Shown piece after piece: positions 25,951-37,858 of a stretch of DNA of 64,000 bases (position 1 is the stretch's first letter; each line of letters opens with the position of its first letter). Made by a program: the position numbers and the translations under genes. The DNA is from Mytilus californianus (taxonomy: Eukaryota), in assembly GCF_021869535.1 (NCBI RefSeq), contig NW_026262668.1, positions 113,832,001-113,896,000 on the forward strand, read 5' to 3'. The notes below the pieces were generated by a model. The model was not told the origin of the DNA, did not search any database, and saw nothing but the letters and a program-made list of their open reading frames with translations.

Positions 25951-28102
25951 TATATCTGAAAATACGGTGGTAACAGTTTGAGAAATCACATGACAAAGCT
26001 TTTCAACTTAGTTTGTTTCAACTTTTATTCTCCCAAATCTTTGAAATCAAGTTTGATTGTCCCTTTATTTAAAGGAGGAAATAAATGTAAAAGTGATCCA
26101 ATCTCATATCGAGGAATAAGTTTAGCACCGTGTATCGGAAAAGTGTTTGATAAAATCATTGATTTAAAACTTGAATTGAAAAAAGACAACAAATGCTTTC
26201 CAAACCCACAGCAAACGGCATATCAGCAGTGTCTATCGTGTTTACATACATGATTTAATATCCATGAATCCATTTATCACCATCTTGAAAGACTAGGAAA
26301 TGTTATAGTTGTTTTACTTGATTCAACAAAAGCATTTTATACGGTTTGGCACAATGGAATGTTGTATAAACTGCTTGAATATGGAGTAACAGGAAAATTA
26401 TGGTTGCTTATAGCTAATATGTACTCGGACGCTAAAAGTGCAGTTCTTTATAATGGTCAAATCTCACGTTTCTTCCCAGTTTATCGTGGTGTTCGCCAAG
26501 GGAGCAGCTTGTCATCTAAATTGTATCTGTTATACATTAATGACTTGTTAGAAGAGCTCTCCGACTGTAGACGTGGCATACTCGTAACGGACATTCATAT
26601 TTCATCACCCGTTCAAGCAGATGCTATCGCTTTGATCAGTACTAACTGTTGTAACATGCAGACGATGGTACGAAAATTATAGCATTGATTGGAAATTTAA
26701 GTTTAACCCACTGAAATGCATTCAACTTAATTTTTCCAAATCAAAACAACATACGGATATTCTACTGTACAACAGCAGCATACAATTGGAAATTTCCGCA
26801 AGGCACGTAGGAGTGCTATTGAACAGTAACCTTAATTCTATGGACAGAACACTTCAAGCCTGCAGAACATTACGGTCTTCAGCATTAGGGTTAATCAAAT
26901 CAGATTTACATCCTTCTGTTATCAGTATTGACACTTGTAACCGTATAGTTCGTCATGTGTGTTTCACGAAAGCTTTTTTCGGATGTGAATTGTGGACCGA
27001 AATTACCAACACCGAGATTTTATTACTAGAACGTGCACAACGATATTTGTGTAAATCAATACAGGGACTACCAAGGCAAACTAGATCTGATATGGTAAAT
27101 GTGTTGATTGGCTGGAAGTCCGCCGAGTCATACATAGATGAACGGAAATTATTATTTCTTGGAAAGTTAGTGTTAATGAAAGACTCAATGCTTCCGAAGC
27201 AGATATTTCTTACCCGAGCTATGGAATTTAAATATAACTGTGTGAAACACCAGCTTGGGTTTATTCCTGAAATACATAGAGTTTTGATCAATTATAGATT
27301 GTCAGACTTTGATACTTACCTGAGTACAGGTCATTTCCCAACTTACATTCAATGGAAGAAGAAAGTCAAAGTCGCCGTCCAAGAAACCGAGGAATCGTTG
27401 TGGCGTTGCAGGACACAAATAGACAAAGATTTTAAATTCTTCAGTCGTATACATACACTTTCAAAAGGTCTTCATCCTGCTTGGACTTTTAGCTGAAAAC
27501 ATCCATTACTTATAGAACAGTGCCGTTTTATTGTCAATCTATGTACCTTAACCCGTCCATACGAAGAACCATATTTTCTGTGTGACAAATGCGGAAGGTT
27601 TTTCGGTGATATAACTATTCACATCGTACTCTCTTGTGAAACTTTCCAGTCAAAAAGGGACAAGTTTTGGTGTGATTTAATAGATATAGGTCCAATCGAA
27701 TTCAGTGCTTATCTACATAGTTTAACTGACGAAGACTTTTTAGCATGCATCTTATCATGTCATACAGACTTCGATCTAGACGAAGATGAACGGACTATGT
27801 TTCAAAAGGCCTGCATCACAAACATATACTGGATGTGTGCGACTTGAATTGAATGAATGGAACAATTTCTACATATTGGACAATAATTTGTGTAAAAGAT
27901 TTTACTGTGTGAACATTGCTACTTTCGTAGGCTGATAAACATTTAATTTTCTTCTCTGGTTACGCATTCTTCACGTTTATATATTTATGTAAAGGTTAAT
28001 TTTGATATATTGTTTGTAAATATACTGTCCTATCTTCCAACTTTACTTTCACTATCGATCTTACTAATGCTCTTCATTATTGGAGGAAATAAAGATATAT
28101 AT
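25951..28102 (+). mobile_element. 5'-truncated, inactivated non-LTR retrotransposon (RT plus C-terminal CCHC; RTE-X-like by inference)
   Basis: KYGG..LFN, YRGISL, QTAYQ, LLDSTKAF, GVRQGSSLSSKLYLLYIND, QADA (catalytic DD mutated), CDKC..H....C; in-frame stops at 26253 and 27496, a frameshift near 26680, ORF end at 27847; 3' tail AATAAAGA(TA)n. Confidence 0.9.
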
Positions 28103-28742
28103 ATAATATTCCTTCACGACTAAACTGCATAAAAATTTACTTGAACAAAGAAACCAAATTGAAAATTCAGTTAAAAATGAGTCATCAAGGGATTGATATG
28201 TGCACAAACAAGCGTTGGTTGAAAATTACAGAGAGGGTCTGAGAGACGTGCTTAACATTCCTAATCAAAGACTTACGGTTCATGTGGATCTTATAGATAA
28301 AATGGTTATGTGTTTACACCTGAATGTTTACTCTGAGTACAACAAACATGTGCAGCTGGAATAGTCTTAAGGCATAGCATGACCTAGATAAATAAAATTC
28401 AAATGCATTTTATGTATTAGAACATAAACAAAACTTAATTAACTTGATTTCGCTGTCCACTTTTTTTTTCGTCATTTATATTTATATTTATGTTTATATC
28501 AGATGAAATGACGATCGGCAGTCTTCGGAGGACATCTCGAGGTTTAATTAGATAACGTCTATTCTAAAATACGCACGGAATGCTGATACATTTTAACGAG
28601 TCCAGAGATTGTAAATTGTTTCTTTTGTACTTTTTGTACATATATTGACTCCTATGACACAAAAAAGTAACATATCGTATTGGACTGTCTATATCTTTTG
28701 TCGCATTCTTGTCTGAGCTTTCTACTTGGCTGAATATTTTTA
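28103..28742 (+). repeat. Right copy of ~630-bp direct repeat
   Basis: Begins immediately after the LINE (TA)n tail. Confidence 0.95.
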
Positions 28743-29345
28743 ATTTATATTTTATGAACAATATTGGTAGACGTTATATAGTGCTTTGGTGAAGGCTTCG
28801 ACTGAACAGACTCACGAATACTCCTAGATGTGCAGTAACTTTCATATTACAGACTCACGAATACTCCTAGATGTGCAGTAAAATTTCATATTCTCCAAAG
28901 AAACTTTGTCTGCAACGATAGTCCACTAGATCACTGGAATTGAATTGAGCTTACATTGCTTGAAAACTTTATTCATATTCTGTTTATCTGCTGGCTTTGG
29001 TTTTCTCGTTTAACTACTTTTCTCAAAACCTTCAGACTTCTATAGCAATAATGTACACCAAGCCAACTATTATCGTCCGCGACTTCAATGCAAAAGTTTT
29101 GCGATCCTTGATCAGCAAACCACTTACTTTTCAACATTTCTCGATAGATTTATAGAACTTCACATTTACAAACTTTCACATCAGGATTCATTCACATATG
29201 CTAGTCATAGTGTAACGCGCCACCGGTATGTTAGACCAGATATAAATACAATTCACGATCTTCTTAATTCTGCTAAAAGGCCGTTCGTTCAAGATAATCA
29301 TTTATAAAATGTAACTAACGATTATCCCGTTATTTGTTCGACTTA
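28743..29345 (+). pseudogene. Heavily decayed apurinic-endonuclease (APE) remnant of an older LINE
   Basis: KPTIIVRDFNAK (GDFN-like), DSFTYAS and TNDYPVIC (SDH.P-like). An N-terminal MCSWN..VLEHK lies inside the duplicated segment. Confidence 0.45.
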
Positions 29346-29699
29346 GCTAAACCATGTATGCATGCACAATGGTTTAAAGCAATTGATGACTATACTTTTG
29401 CTGTGTCGGAATATTATTGTAAAAAAAAAAGGATAAAAGGAATCGTCAAAAATTCCAGACAGTACAACAGACTAAATGAACCAACAACATCCGACTTCTC
29501 CCTCTTCCTCCCCCAAAAAACAGACATACAAACAACAACGAACAACTTATGGTCCAGACAGACTGACTTGGTACAGGACCACAATGTAACTGAGGTTAAA
29601 AACATTTTAACGTGTGTACAGCCCCCTCCTTTGTCGGTAGAAAACAAAACCATACAAAACCTTCTCAAATACTAAAGAAAAAAAAACGTTTTGCAAATT

Positions 29700-30430
29700 T
29701 CACTTTTAAATATATTGATGATATCCTGTCACTCAATAACCCACATTTCAGTAAGTAAATGTATCTCATATATCCCAGTCAACTTGAGATTAAGGATATC
29801 ATCGAAACTAAAAGGTCTACTTCATATCTTGATGTTTCCTCGATATTGACACACATGGACGACTTCAAAGTAGAAATTAGAATCTATGACAAACGGGATG
29901 ATTTCAACATTCCATTTCTTAGCAGTAAATAAACTCATCATAGATACCATGCAAGTTTTAAATTATGTACGCCAGACGCGCGTTTCGTCTACGAAAGACT
30001 CATCAGTGACGCTTGAATAAAAAACAAAATAAAAAGGCCAAATAAAGTACGAAAGGTTCAGCCAAATACAGCTAAGGTAATATATTCCTGGGGTCGAAAA
30101 TCATTAGTATTTCGTAAAAAAAAATTTGTGTAAACAGTTAATTTATGATTATGACCATATCAATGATAATTCATGTCAACACAAAAGTGCTGATTAACAT
30201 ACCCTCTGCACCATCCTATGGCGGTTACATAATTGATGCGTTACGGTCGTGCATGTTCATACTATACGGACTTCACTTGTGGGGTGTGCTCCTTTCACAA
30301 AAGTTATGAGGACGAGGAAGAGCGACTGACAACGACACTACATAAGTTTAACGGCCACCTCCACGGATTGGTTAAAAGATATATCTGCTTATTAACTCAC
30401 TACCGACATGTTTTCGCAGTTTTAAATTTT
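29700..30430 (+). mobile_element. Penelope-like RT fragment, split by a retrozyme insertion
   Basis: KYIDDILSLNN..IYP..LEIKD, SYLD, IYDKRDDFN, FLSSN | IPSAPSYG, RYGRACSYYTDF. Confidence 0.7.
29969..30012 (-). ncRNA. Minimal type I hammerhead ribozyme, intact (family A), within a 266-bp retrozyme insert (29929-30194)
   Basis: GCGUCA CUGAUGA GUCU-uucgu-AGAC GAA ACGCGCGU C UGGCGU: full core, 4-bp stem II, palindromic stem III, GUC cleavage triplet, 6-bp stem I. Confidence 0.85.
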
Positions 30431-31313
30431 ATAGATACCAGAATAGTGGTTAAATCTATAAGTATACCAATGGTGTCCTATTCCCGATAGTTTGTAAGTT
30501 CTATAAACGACATTACAAAAAAGTTGGATGAAAGCTTTAATGTAATCGCTCGTATTATAATTTTACGAGAACCATTATATTTACGGATAAGATGGTGATA
30601 CCGGCTATAGAATGTTGTGTTTAGCGCTGACAATGCCAACACAATAGCAAGGATTGAAAAAACATAGTGCATTGGGTCTTTTTATCTTGCAACAATGCAC
30701 ATTTCTTTGTTGATTAACTCGAAAGTATATTAAAATATCGAGAAATACTAAATTATTTTCATAATCAAGTGGTCATATTTATCTATTCAATTATTTCCAA
30801 ATAGCGGGTGATGAAAATATTAATATTAAAATGAGAATGGAAGAGCGGAATTTATTTACATCCTTTTTTATTTACACCCTTGATTTTGCAAGCAGTTATA
30901 TTAATGTTATATTATTATTCTCCACGATTAGGTTTAGCTAAACATAAATAACTCTTGCATAAATGATAAGTATAAAGTGTTCATGTTGTTGGATTTATTA
31001 AATGATTTTATGTAACAATATTTTAGTATTAAGTGAATCATATACAAATTAATTTGTTTTTATGATCTTGACATCAGATTGATTAAGACGGCTTTGTAGG
31101 CTCATGTTTACTTTATTGGTCATTTAGCATGAGATTTGATTTATAACTGAATTATTAATATATTTATGAAAGCTGTAGTATTTAATGCACTAGAGTAAAT
31201 ATTAAATTAACTGAGAAAATTTCAGACCTTTTTGTTCATATCCCTTTTAACTTTTAGCTCCTCAAGTATTTATTTAACCTTGGTTTTCAAATTGTTTGGA
31301 TTTGAGTGTTTTA

Positions 31314-31353
31314 GAGCTTCTGATGAAGGTTTCACAGAAAAGGGCTCGGACGC
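31314..31353 (+). ncRNA. Degenerate hammerhead motif (family C)
   Basis: CTGATGAAGGTTTCACAGAAAAGGGCTCGGACGC: core words present, stems broken. Confidence 0.5.
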
Positions 31354-32888
31354 ATCAAATTTATATTATGAAGTGGTATTGTTTTATTCTAGAGAATTAA
31401 CATATTCAATATAATATATTTGCAGAGTTTCGTTACTATTTCTAAACATTTACTGGGCGATATGAGGACTAAATATCAGATGAAATACCTCCAAAAACGT
31501 TTTATGTTTGTACAATTTGAAAAATTAAAACAACCAAAATTGTGTGCATTGTCTTTGATAAATACTATCTCAAGATACTAAGAAGAGATTACAAATTCTA
31601 GTGATTCCTTTACCGAAGAGAAAATTTTAGAAGTAAAAATGACGGATATAAAATCGGCTGCTGAACACAATAAAATATCACTATAGAATTGAGTGTTTCT
31701 TTAATTACACAATACACCTTAGATATCAAATTTAAGATCCCATATTCGGTTATGAGTATGATATATGATATTGAATATTGTCTAATTTGTTAAAGTATAT
31801 TAACCTCACGATGTTTTTGTCTTTTTTTTTTGAAGTCGTCGTGTTACTGTCTCTTTGTATATCCAACATCTCCTTTATTTATGTCTTACGATTTATGTAC
31901 ACTCGATAAAATCTATTTCATACAAGTACATTTACATGTGCATGATGATTTATGTATATACATATTCAAACACATAAACATGTACATATGTATGTATATA
32001 CGGCACACAAACATACAAACACATAAGCATGTCTATGTTTGTATATACTGAACACAAACATACAAACACATAAACATGCACATGTTTGTATATACTGAAC
32101 ACAAACATGTCATTAATGCATCGATCTCTCGATCTTTCTAACATTGATTACTTTACATATAATTGTTTTTTAAATGATATTTGATCTATATATGAAGATT
32201 AGGTAACAAGCGAAATAGTTTCACTTGGACTGTTTTTGACAAAACATGAACATAGACAAAACCTTCATTGGAAACGACTAAATGTTTACCTTACATAGTT
32301 ATAGTTTATATTGTTGCTTCACCGGTAATGTGTAAGGTATGTATATTCCTGTTTCGTAACTTTTTTCAGTTTACATGTAAAACATATAAATGTATTATAT
32401 AAAATGTGTATAAAGCATAAAATATTCATAAATAGATATTTACAGTGGCACTTTCAAATTTCAGTTATAACGTCTTTCACTTTTTTTGAACGTTGAATAT
32501 TTAATAACAATAACATTGCATAACAAACAATCTCAAGTTTTTAATATTCACTGTAATTCATTAATGAAAGAAATAACTATCAATTATGGTTTTAATTTTT
32601 AATTTGTAAACTTTCATATCAAGATTATTTAAATTATTCTATTCAAATTATTTGTATATGTTTATGTTTATTTTTTAAAATCTTTCCTACATTCTTGCAA
32701 GATGCAGTTTGTATGAGTTTTGATTCTTCTTTTGGTATCTTCCGTCTCATTTTGGTATTGAAAAGTTATCTTTTTGTAATATCACACAAGTACTTTGAAA
32801 TAACGACTATAAAGGGAATTTATACGACTTTCTTATACAGACTACACAAAAGTCACAATGGTAATGACTAATATTCCATCATCGAGAT

Positions 32889-33150
32889 ATGGGAGGAAAA
32901 TCAACTGTTCCGGAAATCAAGAAGGATGACTGGAAAGATACTGCTCTGCGTGCTCATAACAAAGTCCGCAAGCTACATAATGCACCACCTTTAAAATATT
33001 CCAAAGATCTCAGTATGTACGCTCAAAATCATGCACTTTATCTAAAAACTAAAACAAAAGTGCATAGAAGTGGTATGTACTGTCAAGGAGAGCATATTGG
33101 TGAAAATATTGCAGAACGTATTTTACCAGCATCCGTCAAAGAATATGGAG
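32889..33150 (+). CDS. GLIPR2: GAPR-1/GLIPR2-like CAP protein, gene 2, coding exon 1 of 3 (192 aa total)
   Basis: Acceptor TTATACAG at 32840; MGGKST..AHNKVRKLHNAPPL..VH..GENIA; donor G|GTATGC (phase 1), the same position as in gene 1. Confidence 0.88.
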
Positions 33151-33499
33151 GTATGCTATAAATAACTTTACAATCCTAATCAATCACTGGGGTCTCCTTT
33201 GGAATTTCAGTCAAGATGAAGAACTGAATCTTCCTTCACTGTACTTGGTATCAAAGTTACTTAAGTGTCCTTACAAACAACGTAATGTTATTAGGACTGA
33301 CAAATGCTCCACGAAACTTTCCACATTATTTTCTAGTTCATCGAAGTCAGTGTTACTGTGTAGGGTCGATGTAATATAAATACCAACAATTCCAATGATC
33401 TGTTAGAGTACATACAATCTAAATCTATTTCCAATAGTATAATAACAGTTGTCTTCTCAACCCTTTACACTACAATCATTCTTTATCAACGAACGAAAG

Positions 33500-33665
33500 T
33501 TTTTTGCCATGTTTTTGTCTTTCTTTCTTCGACTTATGAGTATTGATTGTCCCAGTTTTTTGCCATGTTTTTGTCTTTCTTTCTTCGACTTATGAGTATT
33601 GATTGTCCCAGTTTTTTGCCAAGTTTTTGTCTTTCTTTCTTTGACTTATGAGTATTGATTGTCCC
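33500..33665. repeat. ~52-bp minisatellite, 3 copies
   Basis: TTTTTTGCCATGTTTTTGTCTTTCTTTCTTCGACTTATGAGTATTGATTGTCCC repeated. Confidence 0.85.
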
Positions 33666-35671
33666 TTTGGTATCTTCTGTTCATGTTTTTAACAACGACC
33701 TGTCCATGAAGCAGTTATCACAACTTTACAATTTATCGAAAACATCATTGAATAATAAAACATGTGTCTTTTTCGAGTATTGAGAAAAATGGTCATACAT
33801 ACGTTTGAGTGCGAAAATTAAATACACCGCGTTTCTCATACAATTGAATTTTCATTCAATGATTTAAATTATTTATATAAAAAGATCATACTCACGAGCT
33901 GCCTTCGAGGAAAGATTAAACGAGATTTTAGTTTATAATCTTGACAGTACATAGATCTATCATCAAAATATAGACAATACAGACACATCATTCCTAAAGA
34001 CTTGTCAAAAGAAAATACGATGATCTTAATTAGATAATGAATTTTCTATGGTAATCTTTGTCGTTATGTTAAGTTTTGAAACAAAGACAGTTTATATTGT
34101 ATTTACTACTTTTAACTTGGATATCAGATCAATAAAAGCGAAATTGCAGTTACATTTTTGAAATCAAATTTAGCTTTCATGTTTGGCTGATTTAGATTTG
34201 TTTCCTTATTTGCTTTACCACCATAAATTTTAATGTTTGCCTGAGAAAATTTCTCCATACTACTGTAAACGAAATGTTTTTATTTATTGAAAGTTGCATG
34301 AATATCGTTGAATTTTCAATGATACAGTACAAATAAGAAATTGCTGCTCACCTGCCCAAAGAGACAGCGTCATGCAGCTTTTAGCATATCATTTGGTCCT
34401 GTCCCCACGCCGTGCCATATAAAAATTAAAAAAAATTGTGGTATGATTGCCAATGAGACAACTCGCCACCAGAGACCAAATGACGTATATGTCACCGTAC
34501 GGCCTTCAACAATGAGCAAAACCCATCGCCTGTTCGCTTACTCTTTACATTATCATATTCTTCTTCTAGGCCAGTTTGAACTTTGTTTTGAAGGGATACT
34601 GTATATATAACCCTTCTTTTATGACAAAAACGTTTTCTCTTCTACAATAACAATAACATTTATTTAATTTGACTGTCTAAAAGATTTCTGATTTCATGAC
34701 CGGATGGAATGTATTGCAGCTTGATGACACAATGCCATAAGAAATGATATTTCATTTTCTCTGAAACCCGTTTGAGAATATATACAAATTTGACCGCCCC
34801 AAGACCCGTTCATGAATTTTGTTATATGGTATTTGTCAGATGAAAAAAATGATTCAGAGGCATTTATTTTTATTCTAATCGCTCAATTTAAGTTCTTCTT
34901 TTATCAGACACCACAAAGCCAAATGTGTCAATAATTTCCATATTTTCTTTATAGACCGCGCTCTGACGTCTCACGTCCCCAAGTAAGACAAGCTCGACAA
35001 TCTTAAACTATAGTTTTCTATTATATTGTTTGGATTTGTTGTTTTTGAGTACTTTGTGTATTAAATACGATAAAAACAAAACATTGCGAAAGGATAAATT
35101 CTTCTGATGTGTCCCAATTGAAGCCTTTGATAATATTGCTTTAACCGCCTCACTCGATGTAACAGTAAATGCTTTCAGTGCATTTTAAGTAAAAGATTCG
35201 TTCAAATAATTATGTGAATTTAAGTGAAGTGAATGTAATTCTAATGGTACAAATAAGGTAATAATGAATAAACCAGGTGAGCCATCATTCAGAATCCTAA
35301 GTTAAGCATCTACTTTTTATAAATATAATCACATATAATAAATAATAAAATTATGTATAACGTAACATGTTTGTTGTGGGTGAAATGACCTTCAGTGATC
35401 AATACATTATACTCTTATGTAGGAAATGTCAAACAGGAAGTTATACGATGATTAAAGACTAATTTCATTGGATGATTGGACTGCTGTTCCAAAACGGATA
35501 AAAAAACTCTAAACTAGTTAAATTCCAATATGATTTAAGAGAAAACAGTTAATCATATTTTTCAACGGAAGGACCTCCTTGTTTTGTCAGTTTTTGTTTT
35601 TACATTTCAACTTTCATAGGTGACCGTGTCTATACAAGATAATGCAAATATCTTTATATCTTTTTAAACAG

Positions 35672-35755
35672 GGAAGGATGTGACACAAGACTGGTATAAT
35701 GAAATAGAACAATATAGTTATTACGACAACGACCCTCCAAATCGCACCAAGACAA
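35672..35755 (+). CDS. GLIPR2: CAP gene 2, coding exon 2 of 3
   Basis: CAG|..|GTAAGA, 84 nt, phase 1-1; GKDVTQDWYNEIEQYSYYDNDPPNRTKT. Confidence 0.88.
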
Positions 35756-35910
35756 GTAAGAAAATACATTGAATTGTAAAGGTCATATTCAAAGATTTAC
35801 CAACGATATATTTGTTCATTTTAAAGAGTACTTTGTAAAATTAAAGATAAGTCAAACTAAAAAAAATATTATTGATTTGTTAAAGTATTGACGCTTTTAA
35901 TTTTACCATT

Positions 35911-37435
35911 AAAAGAAAACAAAGTTTATCGACAGGTTGTAGGTATTCCTATGGGCACTAATTGCGCCCCTTTAATAGCAGATTTATTTTTGTACTGTTA
36001 TGAATCACAGTTTATGACCAAACTCAGTAAAGACCCGTCTAAATTGCATTTAATTGATAAATTCAACAACGCTTACCGTTATCTTGATGATATTTTTTCG
36101 TTAAATAATCAAGAATTTTCTCAATATACTGCCGAAATTTACCCAAAGGTAAATCAAATTTAAACGGTAACAACTGTCCTTTCCTAGATTTAGATATTTC
36201 GGTTTTACACGGGAAACTCCACACTAAAATTTACGACAAAAGGGACGATTTTTCGTTCACTATTGTTAATTTTCCCTTTTTGGATGGTGATGTTCCTTTG
36301 GCACCATCTTACGGTGTTTATATTTCACAACTCGTTCGCTATGCCCGTGTCTGTTGTGACGTTTTTGATTTTAACGAACGTAATCTTTGTATTACTGGTA
36401 AATTATTAAGCCAGGGATTTCGTTAACACAAATTACTTAAAACCTTTACTAAATTCTTCCACAGATATAAAGATTTGTTTTGAAGTTTGGTTGTTACACA
36501 GTACCTTTAGAAAACTTATTTCAAACGGGATTGCACATCCTCATTTTTACGGCAATAAAATTTAGAAACGATCCTGGTAAACTTATCGATCCTTTAAATA
36601 AGCTTATTCTAAAAGGTTACCAATTCAACACTGTAATTAGATCATTAAATATTGTTTTTATTGGTACTAATATTGATTTTGTTATCAGTAAATTAAAAGC
36701 AAACTAAATATTATTGTTGTATACATTTACACATTCATTGATCTACAATCTGTCGATACCTGTATCTTGGCATTGCACAAGGTCGTGTTTTTCTCTGACT
36801 GTTTATGACGTCTTTACCCTTAATCCATTGGATGTTGGATGTGTACGGATTGATAATTTAGTCTTAGATGCATGATTTTTTTTATTAGTTGTTAGTGGCT
36901 TTGAACTAGCTGTCAGTAACTGCGAGTACTCTCAGATCTGTACTTAGTGTCTTTTTGTTGTTTGGATGTACAAGTACCCGGCCACGTCCACTTGTATTTT
37001 TATTATTTGTATTTTTATCCATCTGATGAGTTAAGCCTCTTTCAACTGATTTTTATAGTTCGTTCTTATGTTGTACTGTTACACCACTGTCCCAGGTTAG
37101 GGGGAGGGTTGGGATCCCGCTAACATGTTTAACCCCGCCACATTCTGTATGTATGTGCCTGTCCCAAGTCAGGAGCCTGTAATTCAGTGGTTGTCGTTTG
37201 TTTATGTGTTACATATTTGTTATTCGTTCATTTTTTGTACATATATTAGGCCGTTAGTTTTCTCGTTTGAATTGTTTTACATTGTCATTTCGGGGCCTTT
37301 TATAGCTGACTGTGCGGTATGGGTTTTGCTCATTGTTGAAGGCCGTACGGTGACCTATAGTTGTTAATTTCTGTGTCATTTTGACTCTTGTGGAGAGTTG
37401 TCTCATTGGCAATCATACGACATCTTGTTTTTATA
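35911..37435 (+). mobile_element. 5'-truncated Penelope-like retroelement (RT C-terminal half plus 3' tail) in CAP gene 2 intron 2
   Basis: GIPMGTNCAPLIADLFL, YRYLDD, FLDL, IYDKRDDF, PSYGVYISQLVRYARVC; frameshifts; ORF ends at 36707; tail ends in the CATAC(C/G)ACATCTT terminus. Confidence 0.85.
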
Positions 37436-37542
37436 TTAACAAAAGGACGGTCTTTATCAGGAGAAAGAGAGTCTCAGAGATTGTATATTCAGCAGTTTTA
37501 TTACATTATACATCACAATAATGATTTTTTTTAATCTTTCAG

Positions 37543-37775
37543 AATGCCGAAATTTTACACAGCTTATCTGGAAGGACACAAAGGAAGTAGGATTTGGTAT
37601 GACAGTGAAAGGAAGGCGCGTGATTGTAGTGGCATGTTATAAACCTGTTGGTAACATAAAAGGAAAGTATCCTGATAACGTTTTGCCACGTCTCGTTCAG
37701 GAACAATCTGAAAGAAGATTTTCCAAGTGTTTGTCTCCACGTGATAATGAATCAGATGAGGACGATAACATTTGA
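37543..37775 (+). CDS. GLIPR2: CAP gene 2, coding exon 3 of 3
   Basis: TTTCAG acceptor; (K)CRNFTQLIWKDTKEVGFG..VACYKPVGNIKGKYPDNVLP..DNESDEDDNI*. Exons sum to 579 nt. Confidence 0.88.
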
Positions 37776-37815
37776 CATTTGTGTTAGTAATGATATAAAC
37801 AGCACTAATTATACT

Positions 37816-37858
37816 GCACTAGATGCGCATTTCGACAATTAATGTCTCTTCAGTGATG
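37816..37858 (-). ncRNA. Minimal hammerhead ribozyme (family B): core intact, stem I weakened
   Basis: CAUCA CUGAAGA GACA-uuaau-UGUC GAA AUGCGCAU C UAGUGC; palindromic stem III, AUC triplet, one C-A mismatch in stem I. Confidence 0.7.

Noticed and set aside
28809-28892. 43-bp tandem duplication (and a similar ~38-bp one at 50540-50612)
   Set aside because: Ordinary local slippage duplications with no further structure.
37022-37060. CTGATGAG as a hammerhead core
   Set aside because: No stem II/GAAA/stem III follows. The same holds for CTGATGA at ~48693 and CTGAAGA at ~20318.
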